Shown in pieces: positions 53,365 to 62,196 of a DNA stretch of 64,000 nucleotides. Location: contig CAYOKJ010000001.1 in assembly GCA_964404485.1 (NCBI GenBank), forward strand, positions 10,064 to 74,063, in the 5' to 3' direction. This DNA comes from an uncultured Bacteroidales bacterium. Its GTDB lineage: Bacteria; Bacteroidota; Bacteroidia; Bacteroidales; JAIORY01. Made by a program: the position numbers and the translations under genes. Position 1 is the first letter of the stretch. Each line of letters begins with the position of its first letter. Under the pieces are notes generated by a model. The model was not told the DNA's origin. It made no database searches and was given only the letters and a program-made list of their open reading frames with translations.

Positions 53365-55107
53365 ATGAAAAATCATCTATCATATTTGAAAGTAAAAAAA
53401 TTATTTAGTTTATTAATGTTACTTTTAATGGCTATTATTTTTATCCCGACAAATACTTTTTCACAAATTAATAAATTCAAAGGAAGTGATAAAACCCAAT
53501 TACATCACGAAATACTTGATGATAATTATATTAACATTTCTCGTGAAAACGTTAAAACATCACCTGCATTCAGATATAAGGGCAAAAGTATTTTTACCAC
53601 TCAGGTTAATGTTGACGAAAATGGAGATAATATTGTTGGGGATGCAGCAAACGAACCTTCTATTGCCATCGATCCAACTAACCCGAACAGAATGGTAATA
53701 GGTTGGAGACAATTCGATGATGTTACTAATAATTTCCGACAAGCTGGTTATGGTTATTCTCTTGATGGAGGGCAAAACTGGACTTTCCCGGGAGTTATTG
53801 ATCCGGGGGTCTTTCGTTCTGATCCTGTTCTTGACTTCGATTCAGAAGGGAATTTTTATTATAACAGTCTTACATCTGATGCAAACAACAATATGACTTG
53901 CAAGGTGTACAAAATTGATGATGGCGGTATTGAATGGGATGACGGAGTTGAGGCACAAGGTGGCGATAAACAATGGATGAAAATTGACAGAACTGATGGA
54001 ATGGGGGCAGGGAATAATTATTCGTATTGGACACAATATTGGAGTTCTTGTTATCCGGGATGTTTTACACGTTCGGTAGATTTAGGTACCACTTTTGAAG
54101 ATTGTGTTGAAATTTCAGGTAATCCACATTGGGGGACTTTAGCAATAGGTCCGGAGGGAGAATTATATACTGCCGGTGCAGGTCAATATTCTGGAGTAAT
54201 TGTTACTAAATCAACTTTTGCACAAAATCCGACTTTTCCGGTTTCCTGGGATTTTGAATCACAAGTGGATTTGGATGGAGAAGTTGTCGGATGGGACATT
54301 GTTAACCCCGAAGGTTTACTTGGTCAGGTATGGATTGATGTTGACAAATCAGGTGGTCCCGGACATGGAAATGTTTATGTTGTTTCTTCCGTCGACAGAA
54401 ACTCTATTAATGATCCCAGCGATGTTATGTTTACAAAAAGTACTGATGGCGCAACTTCCTGGAGTTCTCCGCTAAGAATTAATAATGATTTTGCAACAAA
54501 TAATTATCAATGGTTTGGAACTATGTCGGTTGCTCCAAATGGACGTATTGATGTAATTTGGCTTGATACAAGAGAATCTCCTCAAGGAATTTATTTATCT
54601 GCCTTATATTATTCTTTTTCTATTGATCAGGGCGAAACATGGTCAGAAAACAAAAAACTTTCTGATGTATTTGATTCTCGTGTTGGTTGGCCAAACCAGG
54701 AAAAAATGGGCGATTATTACGATATGATCTCAGATAATGAAGGTGCTCATCTTGCATGGGCAAATACACTAAACGGCGAACAAGATGTTTATTACAGTTA
54801 TATTACCCCCGAGAATGTAGGAATCGATGACGTTAATAAAACCCAGAAACTTCTTTCTCTGGCAAGTTATCCAAATCCATTTGTTAAGGAAACAACCATT
54901 AGGTATAGATTACCCGAATCTGGTGCAGTTCAGATAATTATTTATGATATTTATGGAAAGAAAATAAAAACTCTTGTTGATAAAAATCAACAATCGGGAA
55001 TTTACAATATAGTATTTGATGCTAATAAACTTTCCAAAGGAATTTATTATTGTCATTTACAAACAGGAAATCATACCGAAACAATTTCTTTGGCGTTGAT
55101 TAAATAA
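53365..55107 (+). CDS. BNR/Asp-box (sialidase-like beta-propeller) protein with a T9SS type A sorting domain
   Basis: Start moved to ATG 53365. Three Asp-boxes (SLDGGQNW, STDGATSW, SIDQGETW). CTD ASYPNPFVKETTIRY...GIYYCHL. Confidence 0.75.
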   Translation: MKNHLSYLKVKKLFSLLMLLLMAIIFIPTNTFSQINKFKGSDKTQLHHEILDDNYINISRENVKTSPAFRYKGKSIFTTQVNVDENGDNIVGDAANEPSIAIDPTNPNRMVIGWRQFDDVTNNFRQAGYGYSLDGGQNWTFPGVIDPGVFRSDPVLDFDSEGNFYYNSLTSDANNNMTCKVYKIDDGGIEWDDGVEAQGGDKQWMKIDRTDGMGAGNNYSYWTQYWSSCYPGCFTRSVDLGTTFEDCVEISGNPHWGTLAIGPEGELYTAGAGQYSGVIVTKSTFAQNPTFPVSWDFESQVDLDGEVVGWDIVNPEGLLGQVWIDVDKSGGPGHGNVYVVSSVDRNSINDPSDVMFTKSTDGATSWSSPLRINNDFATNNYQWFGTMSVAPNGRIDVIWLDTRESPQGIYLSALYYSFSIDQGETWSENKKLSDVFDSRVGWPNQEKMGDYYDMISDNEGAHLAWANTLNGEQDVYYSYITPENVGIDDVNKTQKLLSLASYPNPFVKETTIRYRLPESGAVQIIIYDIYGKKIKTLVDKNQQSGIYNIVFDANKLSKGIYYCHLQTGNHTETISLALIK

Positions 55108-55151
55108 AAAAATAGATGAAAAGCATTTTGGGTTTTTAATCCTTTAATTCT

Positions 55152-55186
55152 AAACCTTTGTAAAACAATATGTTTTGCAGAGGTTT
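55152..55186. terminator. bidirectional hairpin between convergent genes
   Basis: AAACCTTTGTAAAACA-ATA-TGTTTTGCAGAGGTTT: a 16-bp stem with two C·U mismatches on the plus-strand RNA (A·G on the minus-strand RNA) that break it into 6+2+6 bp, which lowers confidence. Overlaps the stop codon of the minus-strand gene. Confidence 0.4.
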
Positions 55187-55596
55187 TATTCTTTAACATA
55201 AGTAACAATAAATTCTCCTACCGGAGTTTCGTTATTGCTTATAATTTTTCCGTTTACCAGCTTTCCCATAATTGTAGAATCTTTTGGGTTACAGCCATCA
55301 ATACGAATAAATATTTCATTGCTTTCAGTAGAAAAACTCCAAGTCCCGGAAAATGATCCACCACTTGTAATTACATCCATGGTATGATCTTTAAAATATT
55401 CAAAACTTATTGATTTTTGAATTTCAATTCCTTTGTTGATTTGCTCATTTGAAATTTTTGTTGTATCAATATTTGTCACAACTGTTTTGGCTTTCCATAC
55501 TCCCGGAATATTTTTTTCAGGAGAACCAGTGCATGAAATTATTAGTAATGAAATAATAAAAAGTGCTATTATTGATAAAATAAAATGCTTTTTCAT
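55186..55596 (-). CDS. lipocalin-like domain lipoprotein
   Basis: 136 aa. Lipobox LIISC, then GVWKAKT...; size and beta-rich pattern fit a lipocalin-like fold. Confidence 0.5.
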   Translation of the reverse strand: MKKHFILSIIALFIISLLIISCTGSPEKNIPGVWKAKTVVTNIDTTKISNEQINKGIEIQKSISFEYFKDHTMDVITSGGSFSGTWSFSTESNEIFIRIDGCNPKDSTIMGKLVNGKIISNNETPVGEFIVTYVKE

Positions 55597-55682
55597 TTGA
55601 GTTTTTTGTTTTTTTCTGACTACAAAAGTAATTAATCAAAAAAATTATCAAAAAAATATTTGTTAAATAAATATAAATGTTT

Positions 55683-55726
55683 TACTTTTGACCACTTGGT
55701 TAAACCAAATGATTAAACCACTTGGT
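55683..55726 (+). promoter_or_regulatory. -7 box TACTTTTG followed by two copies of ACCACTTGGT (candidate TetR operators)
   Basis: TACTTTTG at 55683-90. ACCACTTGGT at 55691-55700 and 55717-55726, each an ACCA/TGGT dyad. Just upstream of the TetR start. Confidence 0.5.
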
Positions 55727-55732
55727 AAAAAA

Positions 55733-56344
55733 ATGACATCAAAAAACAAAAATACTGAAGCTAAAATTTTAAAAGCGGCAAAAGAAGTTTTTATTATTAA
55801 AGGTCTTGAAGGTAGTCGTATGCAGGAAATAGCTGAAACTGCCGGAATAAATAAATCACTTCTCTATTATTATTATCGCACAAAAGAAAATTTATTTGAT
55901 GCGGTTTTTAAGGAAGCTTTTTTTAGTATTATTCCACGAATTGCAAAAATGTTTGATGCAGATATGCCAATTTTCAATAAAATTGAAATTTTCGTGAATT
56001 ATTATATTGATATGATTGTGTTGAATCCATATTTACCCGATTTTATTTTTCATGAAACAAACAGACATTCTGAAAAAGTAGTTCTTTTGTTGAAAGATGC
56101 CGGTCTAAATCCTATGATTATTATTGACAATTTTAATGATGAAATTAAAAAAGGAAATATTAAAGCAATTGATTCAAGACAATTGATAATAAATATTATT
56201 AGCATGTGTATTTTCCCTTTTGTATCCAAACCGGTAATAAAAGGATTGTTTTTCAATAACGATGAAGAAGAATTTAATGTTTTTATTGAGGAAAGAAAAA
56301 AACAAATTACAGATTTTATAATTAATGCAATTTCAATAAAATGA
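55733..56344 (+). CDS. TetR/AcrR family transcriptional regulator
   Basis: N-terminal HTH (ILKAAKEVFIIKGLEGSRMQEIAETAGINKSLLYYYY). Start moved from TTG 55688 to ATG 55733. Confidence 0.85.
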   Translation: MTSKNKNTEAKILKAAKEVFIIKGLEGSRMQEIAETAGINKSLLYYYYRTKENLFDAVFKEAFFSIIPRIAKMFDADMPIFNKIEIFVNYYIDMIVLNPYLPDFIFHETNRHSEKVVLLLKDAGLNPMIIIDNFNDEIKKGNIKAIDSRQLIINIISMCIFPFVSKPVIKGLFFNNDEEEFNVFIEERKKQITDFIINAISIK

Positions 56345-57612
56345 AGCGAGCAATTATTTTATTTACCGTATTGTTAATACATGTCTTTTCATTCGGGCAA
56401 AATATTAAAACAATAAATTTAAAGGAATGTTACAAAAGTGCGGTTGAAAATCATCCGGTTTATAAACAATTAGGTTTGTATTCAGCAACATATCAACTGG
56501 AGCAAAAAAACATTCAGGTAAATTATTTGCCTTCAATGTCATTAAACGGACAGGCAACTTATCAATCAGATGTTACCAAAATTCCTTTTCAACTTCCAAA
56601 TATGATTATTGAGGAAATGAGCAAAGATCAATACAAACTTACTTTTGATATTTCCCAAAACATCTATGATGGAGGCATTACAAAAAAACAAAAAAACATT
56701 AATGAAGTTGATTTTAAAATAAATAAACAAACCGTTGAAATAGAATTTTATAAATTAAAAGAAAGAATAAATCAGGTTTATTTCAATATTATTTATCTTA
56801 AAGAAAACAAAAAAATTCTTATTGTTTCTAAAAAAAATATTGAGTCAAAGCATAAAACAGCACAAGCGGCTGTTAATCATGGAACATTGCTTCAATCGGA
56901 TGTTGATGCCTTAAAAATTGGGCTGATAATCCTCGAACAAAAAATCACTGAGGTTGAAATAGGAATACAGCTTAGTATAAAAATTTTAAAAGAACTTACT
57001 TCTCTAGAAATAAATGAAAACACAATTTTTGATTTCCCTGAGATAGAAATTGCTCATCTTGAATTTCAAAATTTCAGACCGGAGTATCAATTATTAAATC
57101 TTCAACAAGAAAAAACAGCTGCATTAAAAGAAGTTGTTTCAGCAAAATTATTGCCTCGCATAGCTGCTTTCGGAAAAACCGGTTTTGGAAGACCTGGTTT
57201 TGATATGCTTTCAAACGAATTTGATTTTTTCTATTTCGTTGGTGCCCAAATTAGCTGGAGCCCATTTAATTGGAGCAAAAGTAAAAGAGAAAAAGAAATT
57301 TTTAATCTCAGAAACGAGATTATAAATACACAAAAAAATGCCTTTGATAAAAATCTTAAAATCGGTCTGGAGCAAAATAAATATGAAATTATAAAATACA
57401 AAGAGCTGATTAAAAAAGATATCGAAATTATTGAACTAAGAAAGAAAATAACAAAAACAGCATCAGCAAAATTTGATAACGGAGTTCTTACGTCATCAGA
57501 ATATATTGAAGAAGTAAATGCCGAAACACAGGCACAGCTAAACTTTCAAACTCACAAAATTCAAATGCTGATGGCAAAAATTAATTATTTAACAAGTATT
57601 GGAAAATTATAA
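56341..57612 (+). CDS. TolC family outer membrane efflux protein
   Basis: 423 aa. Signal peptide and two coiled-coil/beta repeats typical of OEP/TolC. 4-nt overlap with the TetR gene. Confidence 0.85.
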   Translation: MKRAIILFTVLLIHVFSFGQNIKTINLKECYKSAVENHPVYKQLGLYSATYQLEQKNIQVNYLPSMSLNGQATYQSDVTKIPFQLPNMIIEEMSKDQYKLTFDISQNIYDGGITKKQKNINEVDFKINKQTVEIEFYKLKERINQVYFNIIYLKENKKILIVSKKNIESKHKTAQAAVNHGTLLQSDVDALKIGLIILEQKITEVEIGIQLSIKILKELTSLEINENTIFDFPEIEIAHLEFQNFRPEYQLLNLQQEKTAALKEVVSAKLLPRIAAFGKTGFGRPGFDMLSNEFDFFYFVGAQISWSPFNWSKSKREKEIFNLRNEIINTQKNAFDKNLKIGLEQNKYEIIKYKELIKKDIEIIELRKKITKTASAKFDNGVLTSSEYIEEVNAETQAQLNFQTHKIQMLMAKINYLTSIGKL

Positions 57613-57645
57613 ATTAATAATAATAAAATAAACAAACCAAAACAC

Positions 57646-58524
57646 ATGAAAAAATATATATACGGGTTGATTTTGCTTTCTTTCTTTGCTTGCAATAGCA
57701 ACAATAACAGATCAGATGCGTACGGGAATTTTGAATCAACAGAAATTACGGTTTCTTCAGAAGCCAATGGTAAGATTCTTAATTTTAACATTATTGAAGG
57801 TCAAAAAATAGATAAAGGTTGCCTTGTTGGTATTATTGATACTATTGACCTTGTTTTGAAAAAAGATCTATTATTAAAAAGTCAAAAAGCTATAGCTTCA
57901 AAAAAACTTGATATTGCTGCACAAATTGATGTTCTTCTTCAACAGAAAAAAAACACTTTTATAAACAAAGAGAGACTGAAAAATCTTTTTAATGAAAATG
58001 CTGCAACACAAAAACAACTTGATGATATTAATGGTGCAATAAATCTTATTAACAAAAAAGTTGAAGCAGTAAAAGTTAAAACAATTAGCATTAATGACGA
58101 AATTAGTATACTCGACAAACAAATAGCCCAGATAAATCAGTCAATAGAAAAATGCTTTATTAATAATCCGGTAAGTGGAACCGTTTTATCAAAATATGTA
58201 AACGCCGGAGAAATTGCAATGTTTGGAAAACCGCTGTACAAAATTGCAGATTTAAGAGAATTGAAATTAAAAGTTTTTGTTAGCGGCGATCAGCTTCCGG
58301 AAATTAAATTAGGGCAAAAAGTTGAAGTTCTTGTTGATAAAGACAAGAAAACGAATAACATATTACAAGGAACAATCAGTTGGATATCTTCTTCAGCTGA
58401 GTTTACGCCAAAAACAATTCAAACAAAAAAAGAAAGAGTAAACTTAGTTTATGCAGTTAAGATTCTTGTAAAAAATAATGGTTCACTAAAAATTGGTATG
58501 CCGGGTGAAGTTAATTTCAAATAA
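57646..58524 (+). CDS. HlyD family secretion protein / periplasmic adaptor (YbhG-like lipoprotein)
   Basis: Lipobox FFAC, a long coiled coil, and a C-terminal EFTPKTIQTKKERVNLVYAVKI motif typical of YbhG-like adaptors. Confidence 0.85.
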   Translation: MKKYIYGLILLSFFACNSNNNRSDAYGNFESTEITVSSEANGKILNFNIIEGQKIDKGCLVGIIDTIDLVLKKDLLLKSQKAIASKKLDIAAQIDVLLQQKKNTFINKERLKNLFNENAATQKQLDDINGAINLINKKVEAVKVKTISINDEISILDKQIAQINQSIEKCFINNPVSGTVLSKYVNAGEIAMFGKPLYKIADLRELKLKVFVSGDQLPEIKLGQKVEVLVDKDKKTNNILQGTISWISSSAEFTPKTIQTKKERVNLVYAVKILVKNNGSLKIGMPGEVNFK

Positions 58525-58572
58525 TTTTTATAATATAGCAAGCTAAATTTATTATAAACCAAAATAAAGAAG

Positions 58573-59046
58573 ATGAAAAAACTAAGTTTATTAATTTTAA
58601 TTATGGCATTGGGAATATTTGCAGGAAAAACAGTGTCAGCACAAGAATTTAAAGCTAATGATGTTTTAGGAATTTGGCTTAACGACGATAAGGATGCCCA
58701 GATAAATATTTATCAAGAAGGTGATAATTATTTTGGGAAAATTGTTTGGTTAAAAAATCCTATTGACGAAGAAACCGGCAAACCCAAAACAGATGATGAA
58801 AATCCTGATGAGAGTTTACGTAATACTCCAACTTTGGGATTAGTTATTCTAAAGAATTTTGAGTTTGACGAAGATGAATGGAATGACGGAACAATTTATG
58901 ATCCCAAAAGCGGAAAAACTTATAGCTGTTATATGATTTTTCGTGATGGAAAAGAAAAGTTAAAAATCAGGGGTTATATCGGGATTTCTCTTTTAGGAAG
59001 AACAAGCTATTGGACCAAAGAGAAAGAGCAGAATAAAATGAATTGA
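58573..59046 (+). CDS. DUF2147 domain-containing periplasmic protein
   Basis: GIWLNDDKDAQINIY..YFGKIVWL...NPDESLRN.P.LGL..L......W.DGTIYDPKSGKTYSC...L.IRGYIG...GRTSYWTK. Confidence 0.75.
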   Translation: MKKLSLLILIMALGIFAGKTVSAQEFKANDVLGIWLNDDKDAQINIYQEGDNYFGKIVWLKNPIDEETGKPKTDDENPDESLRNTPTLGLVILKNFEFDEDEWNDGTIYDPKSGKTYSCYMIFRDGKEKLKIRGYIGISLLGRTSYWTKEKEQNKMN

Positions 59047-59142
59047 TGGATTAATGGTGCAGCAAAACATAATGCTTGCGAGATGAAGCTAGCCCGTACG
59101 GCCAACGGAAGTCCGTTTGGATGGGAATGAAACATAGATTTG

Positions 59143-60051
59143 ATGAAAGAGCTATCGATATTAGTAAACAATATCAGTAAAAACTTTAATAGCCAGCAGG
59201 CCCTTGATGATATTTCAATTTCAATAAAAAAAAAGGAATTGTTTGGATTTATTGGGCCTGATGGTGCAGGTAAAACAACTTTATTCAGGATACTTACAAC
59301 TTTGTTAAAACCTAATAATGGAACTGCAACAGTTGAAGGTTTCGATGTAGTTAAAAACTATAAAGAAATTCGAAAAATATCGGGTTATATGCCCGGGAGA
59401 TTTTCTTTGTATTTTGATCTCACTGTTGAAGAAAACTTAAATTTTTATGCCAGTATTTTTAAAACTTCCGTTGAAGAAAATTATCATTTAATTAAAGACG
59501 TTTATCAACAAATCGAGCCTTATAAAAAACGGCTGGCAAGAAATCTTTCAGGCGGGATGAAACAAAAACTGGCTCTTTCTTGTGCCTTAATTCATCAACC
59601 GAAAGTTTTGTTTCTGGATGAACCAACCACCGGCGTTGATGCTGTTTCCAGAAAAGAATTTTGGGAAATGTTAAAATCCCTTAAAGAAAAAGGAATTACA
59701 ATTTTGGTTTCTACTCCTTATATGGATGAGGCTGTTTTATGCGACAGAGTTGCTTTAATGCAAAAAGGAAAAATTTTAAGTGTTGATACACCACAAAGTA
59801 TTATTGATGGTTTCGAAAAACCCATACTTTCGATAAAAACAAACCGAATGTATGAACTAATTTATGATTTAAGAGATTTAAAAAATGCTTTGTCTGTTTT
59901 TCGCTTTGGGCAATGTGTTCATTATTGCTCAATTTTACCTGAACACGATATTAAAGAAATTACAGAATATCTTAAATCAAAAGGGCACAAAAATATTGAA
60001 ATAGAAAAAATTGAACCGGATATCGAAGATTGTTTTATGGATATGATGTAA
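59143..60051 (+). CDS. ABC transporter ATP-binding protein (YbhF N-half-like)
   Basis: GPDGAGKTT, LSGGMKQKLAL, LFLDEPTTGVD. Confidence 0.9.
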   Translation: MKELSILVNNISKNFNSQQALDDISISIKKKELFGFIGPDGAGKTTLFRILTTLLKPNNGTATVEGFDVVKNYKEIRKISGYMPGRFSLYFDLTVEENLNFYASIFKTSVEENYHLIKDVYQQIEPYKKRLARNLSGGMKQKLALSCALIHQPKVLFLDEPTTGVDAVSRKEFWEMLKSLKEKGITILVSTPYMDEAVLCDRVALMQKGKILSVDTPQSIIDGFEKPILSIKTNRMYELIYDLRDLKNALSVFRFGQCVHYCSILPEHDIKEITEYLKSKGHKNIEIEKIEPDIEDCFMDMM

Positions 60052-60163
60052 AAGTTGAAAGCAGAGAACAGAAATAATGTAGTTTGCTTATAAAAGGATT
60101 ATTGGATTTTAATTGCAAATTCAAAAATAAAAAAAGCAATAAAATAAAAAATTAGGAAAGCCA

Positions 60164-60215
60164 AACTCCTTCCTCCCGAATGCTTTCGGGGTTTGAGGGA
60201 AGGTTGGGATGGGGG
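60164..60215. repeat. GC-rich palindromic intergenic element, copy 2 (inverted relative to 6016-6052)
   Basis: The reverse complement reads CCCCCATCCCAACCTTCCCTC...GGAAGGAGTT. It has an inner CCGAA-TGCT-TTCGG hairpin. Lies between the two ATPase genes. Confidence 0.8.
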
Positions 60216-60223
60216 TTATTAAA

Positions 60224-60955
60224 ATGAATCAAACTGAAAATATAATAGAAGTAAAAAACCTGGTTAAAAAATTTGGGCAATTTGTTGCAAACGATAATTT
60301 GAACTTTGAAGTTAAGCAGGGTGAAATATTTGGATTTTTGGGTGCGAACGGAGCAGGAAAAACTACAGCTATTAAAATATTATGCGGACTGTGGAGACCT
60401 ACTTCAGGTGAGATAAATGTTGCAGGTTATGATGTTTATAAACAAACCAATGAAATAAAAAAACACATTGGTTATATGAGCCAGAAATTTTCAATGTATG
60501 AGGATTTAACCATTAAAGAGAATTTTCGATTTTATGGAGGTATTTATGGATTGTCTTCTTTACAGATCAAAAAAAAGACAAAAGAATTATTACAAAGACT
60601 GGGACTTGAAGAATCGCAAAATAAATTGTTAAGTGCTATTCCTCTTGGGTGGAAACAAAAACTAGCTTTTTCAGTTGCAATTATGCATGAACCTCAAATT
60701 GTGTTTTTGGATGAACCAACAGGTGGTGTTGATCCGATTACAAGGCGACAATTTTGGGATTTGATATATGAAACAGCAAATTCAGGAATTACGGTTTTTG
60801 TTACAACACATTACATGGATGAAGCGGAATATTGCAACAGAGTATCAATAATGGTGGATGGCAAAATAGAAGCACTTGATACACCTGCAAAGCTTAAAAA
60901 AGAGTTTAAAGTAAACTCAATGAATGATGTGTTTTTGAAATTGGCAAGAAAATAA
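60224..60955 (+). CDS. ABC transporter ATP-binding protein (YbhF C-half-like)
   Basis: GANGAGKTT, Walker B VFLDEPTGGVD. Start moved to MNQTENIIEVKNL, because the ORF-track ATG 60209 lies inside the repeat element. Confidence 0.9.
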   Translation: MNQTENIIEVKNLVKKFGQFVANDNLNFEVKQGEIFGFLGANGAGKTTAIKILCGLWRPTSGEINVAGYDVYKQTNEIKKHIGYMSQKFSMYEDLTIKENFRFYGGIYGLSSLQIKKKTKELLQRLGLEESQNKLLSAIPLGWKQKLAFSVAIMHEPQIVFLDEPTGGVDPITRRQFWDLIYETANSGITVFVTTHYMDEAEYCNRVSIMVDGKIEALDTPAKLKKEFKVNSMNDVFLKLARK

Positions 60956-61004
60956 ATGGGTGATTAAGCGAAAATATTTATTACTTGGTTGAGTAGGCAA
61001 TAGA

Positions 61005-61084
61005 CAGTAAAGCAGTAAAACAGTAAAGCAGTGAAACAGTAAAATAGTAAAACAGTGAAACAGTAAAACAGTGAAACAGTAAAA
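61005..61084. repeat. ten tandem copies of the octamer CAGTRAAR ending 2 nt before a start codon
   Basis: Units at 61005, 13, 21, 29, 37, 45, 53, 61, 69 and 77: CAGTAAAG, CAGTAAAA, CAGTAAAG, CAGTGAAA, CAGTAAAA, TAGTAAAA, CAGTGAAA, CAGTAAAA, CAGTGAAA, CAGTAAAA. Confidence 0.9.
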
Positions 61085-61086
61085 CA

Positions 61087-62193
61087 ATGAAATTATTTTG
61101 GGCATTTGTTAGGAAAGAATTTTATCATATTTTTCGTGATAAGCAGACTCTATTAATATTGTTTGGCTTACCGATTGCCCTTATTATGATTTTTGGATAC
61201 GTTGTAAGTAATGAAATAAAAGATGTAAAAATTGCAATATTTGATCAATCTAAAGATGGCACAACACAAAAAATCACTAATAAAATATTAAGCTCAGGAT
61301 ATTTTATTTTAGATATGGATATTGATAATGCTAATGAAATTGAGGCTGTATTTAAAAAAGGGAAAGTGCGTGAGCTTGTAATTTTTGAACCTGACTTCGA
61401 ACATAAACTTAACAAAAATGGTATAGCTAATATCCAAATAATTGCTGATGCTTCAGATGCTAATACTGCTAATTTGGTTGTGAACTACACAAAAGCCATA
61501 ATTTATAATTATCTGAGTGAATTAAATATCAACAAAAAACTACCACTTCAAATCGAGCCGCAGGTCAGAATGATTTACAACGAAGAACTTAAAAGTTCGT
61601 ATATGTTTGTCCCCGGCACAATGGCTTTGATTTTAATGTTGGTTTCGGCAATAATGACTTCTATTTCAATTGCCAGAGAAAAAGAACTTGGAACAATGGA
61701 AGTACTTTTGGTTTCGCCATTAAAACCAATCTTAATTATTTTAGGAAAAGTAACTCCTTATGTTGTTCTTTCCTTCATAAATACTATTACAATTATATTG
61801 TTGGGTTATTTTGTTTTTGGGGTTCCCGTAAAGGGAAGTATTTTATTATTAATCGGCGAATGTATGTTGTTCATTCTTATGGCTCTTTCGCTTGGTATTT
61901 TGATTTCTACTATTAGCAAAACACAGGAAACAGCAATGTTTGTTTCGATGTTTGCTTTATTATTGCCTACAATACTTTTATCAGGATTTATATTTCCTAT
62001 AAAAAACATGCCTGATATTTTGCAGTGGTTAAGTTATATTGTTCCACCAAGATATTTCATTAATATTATTAAAAATATAATGTTAAAAGGAACCGGAATA
62101 TTATTTGTTTGGAAAGAGACTCTTATCCTTTTCGGGATGATGTCATTTTTTATTTTGTTGAGTGTTAGAAAATTTAAAATCAGATTGGAATAA
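61087..62193 (+). CDS. ABC-2 type transporter permease (YbhS/YbhR-like)
   Basis: 368 aa. One N-terminal TM, a large periplasmic loop and five C-terminal TM helices. ABC-2 family pattern. Confidence 0.85.
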   Translation: MKLFWAFVRKEFYHIFRDKQTLLILFGLPIALIMIFGYVVSNEIKDVKIAIFDQSKDGTTQKITNKILSSGYFILDMDIDNANEIEAVFKKGKVRELVIFEPDFEHKLNKNGIANIQIIADASDANTANLVVNYTKAIIYNYLSELNINKKLPLQIEPQVRMIYNEELKSSYMFVPGTMALILMLVSAIMTSISIAREKELGTMEVLLVSPLKPILIILGKVTPYVVLSFINTITIILLGYFVFGVPVKGSILLLIGECMLFILMALSLGILISTISKTQETAMFVSMFALLLPTILLSGFIFPIKNMPDILQWLSYIVPPRYFINIIKNIMLKGTGILFVWKETLILFGMMSFFILLSVRKFKIRLE

Positions 62194-62196
62194 TAT

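Noticed and set aside
60917-61105. 62-aa minus-strand ORF with FHCFTVLL repeats
   Set aside because: It is simply the antisense translation of the CAGTRAAR octamer array and overlaps two real genes' ends.
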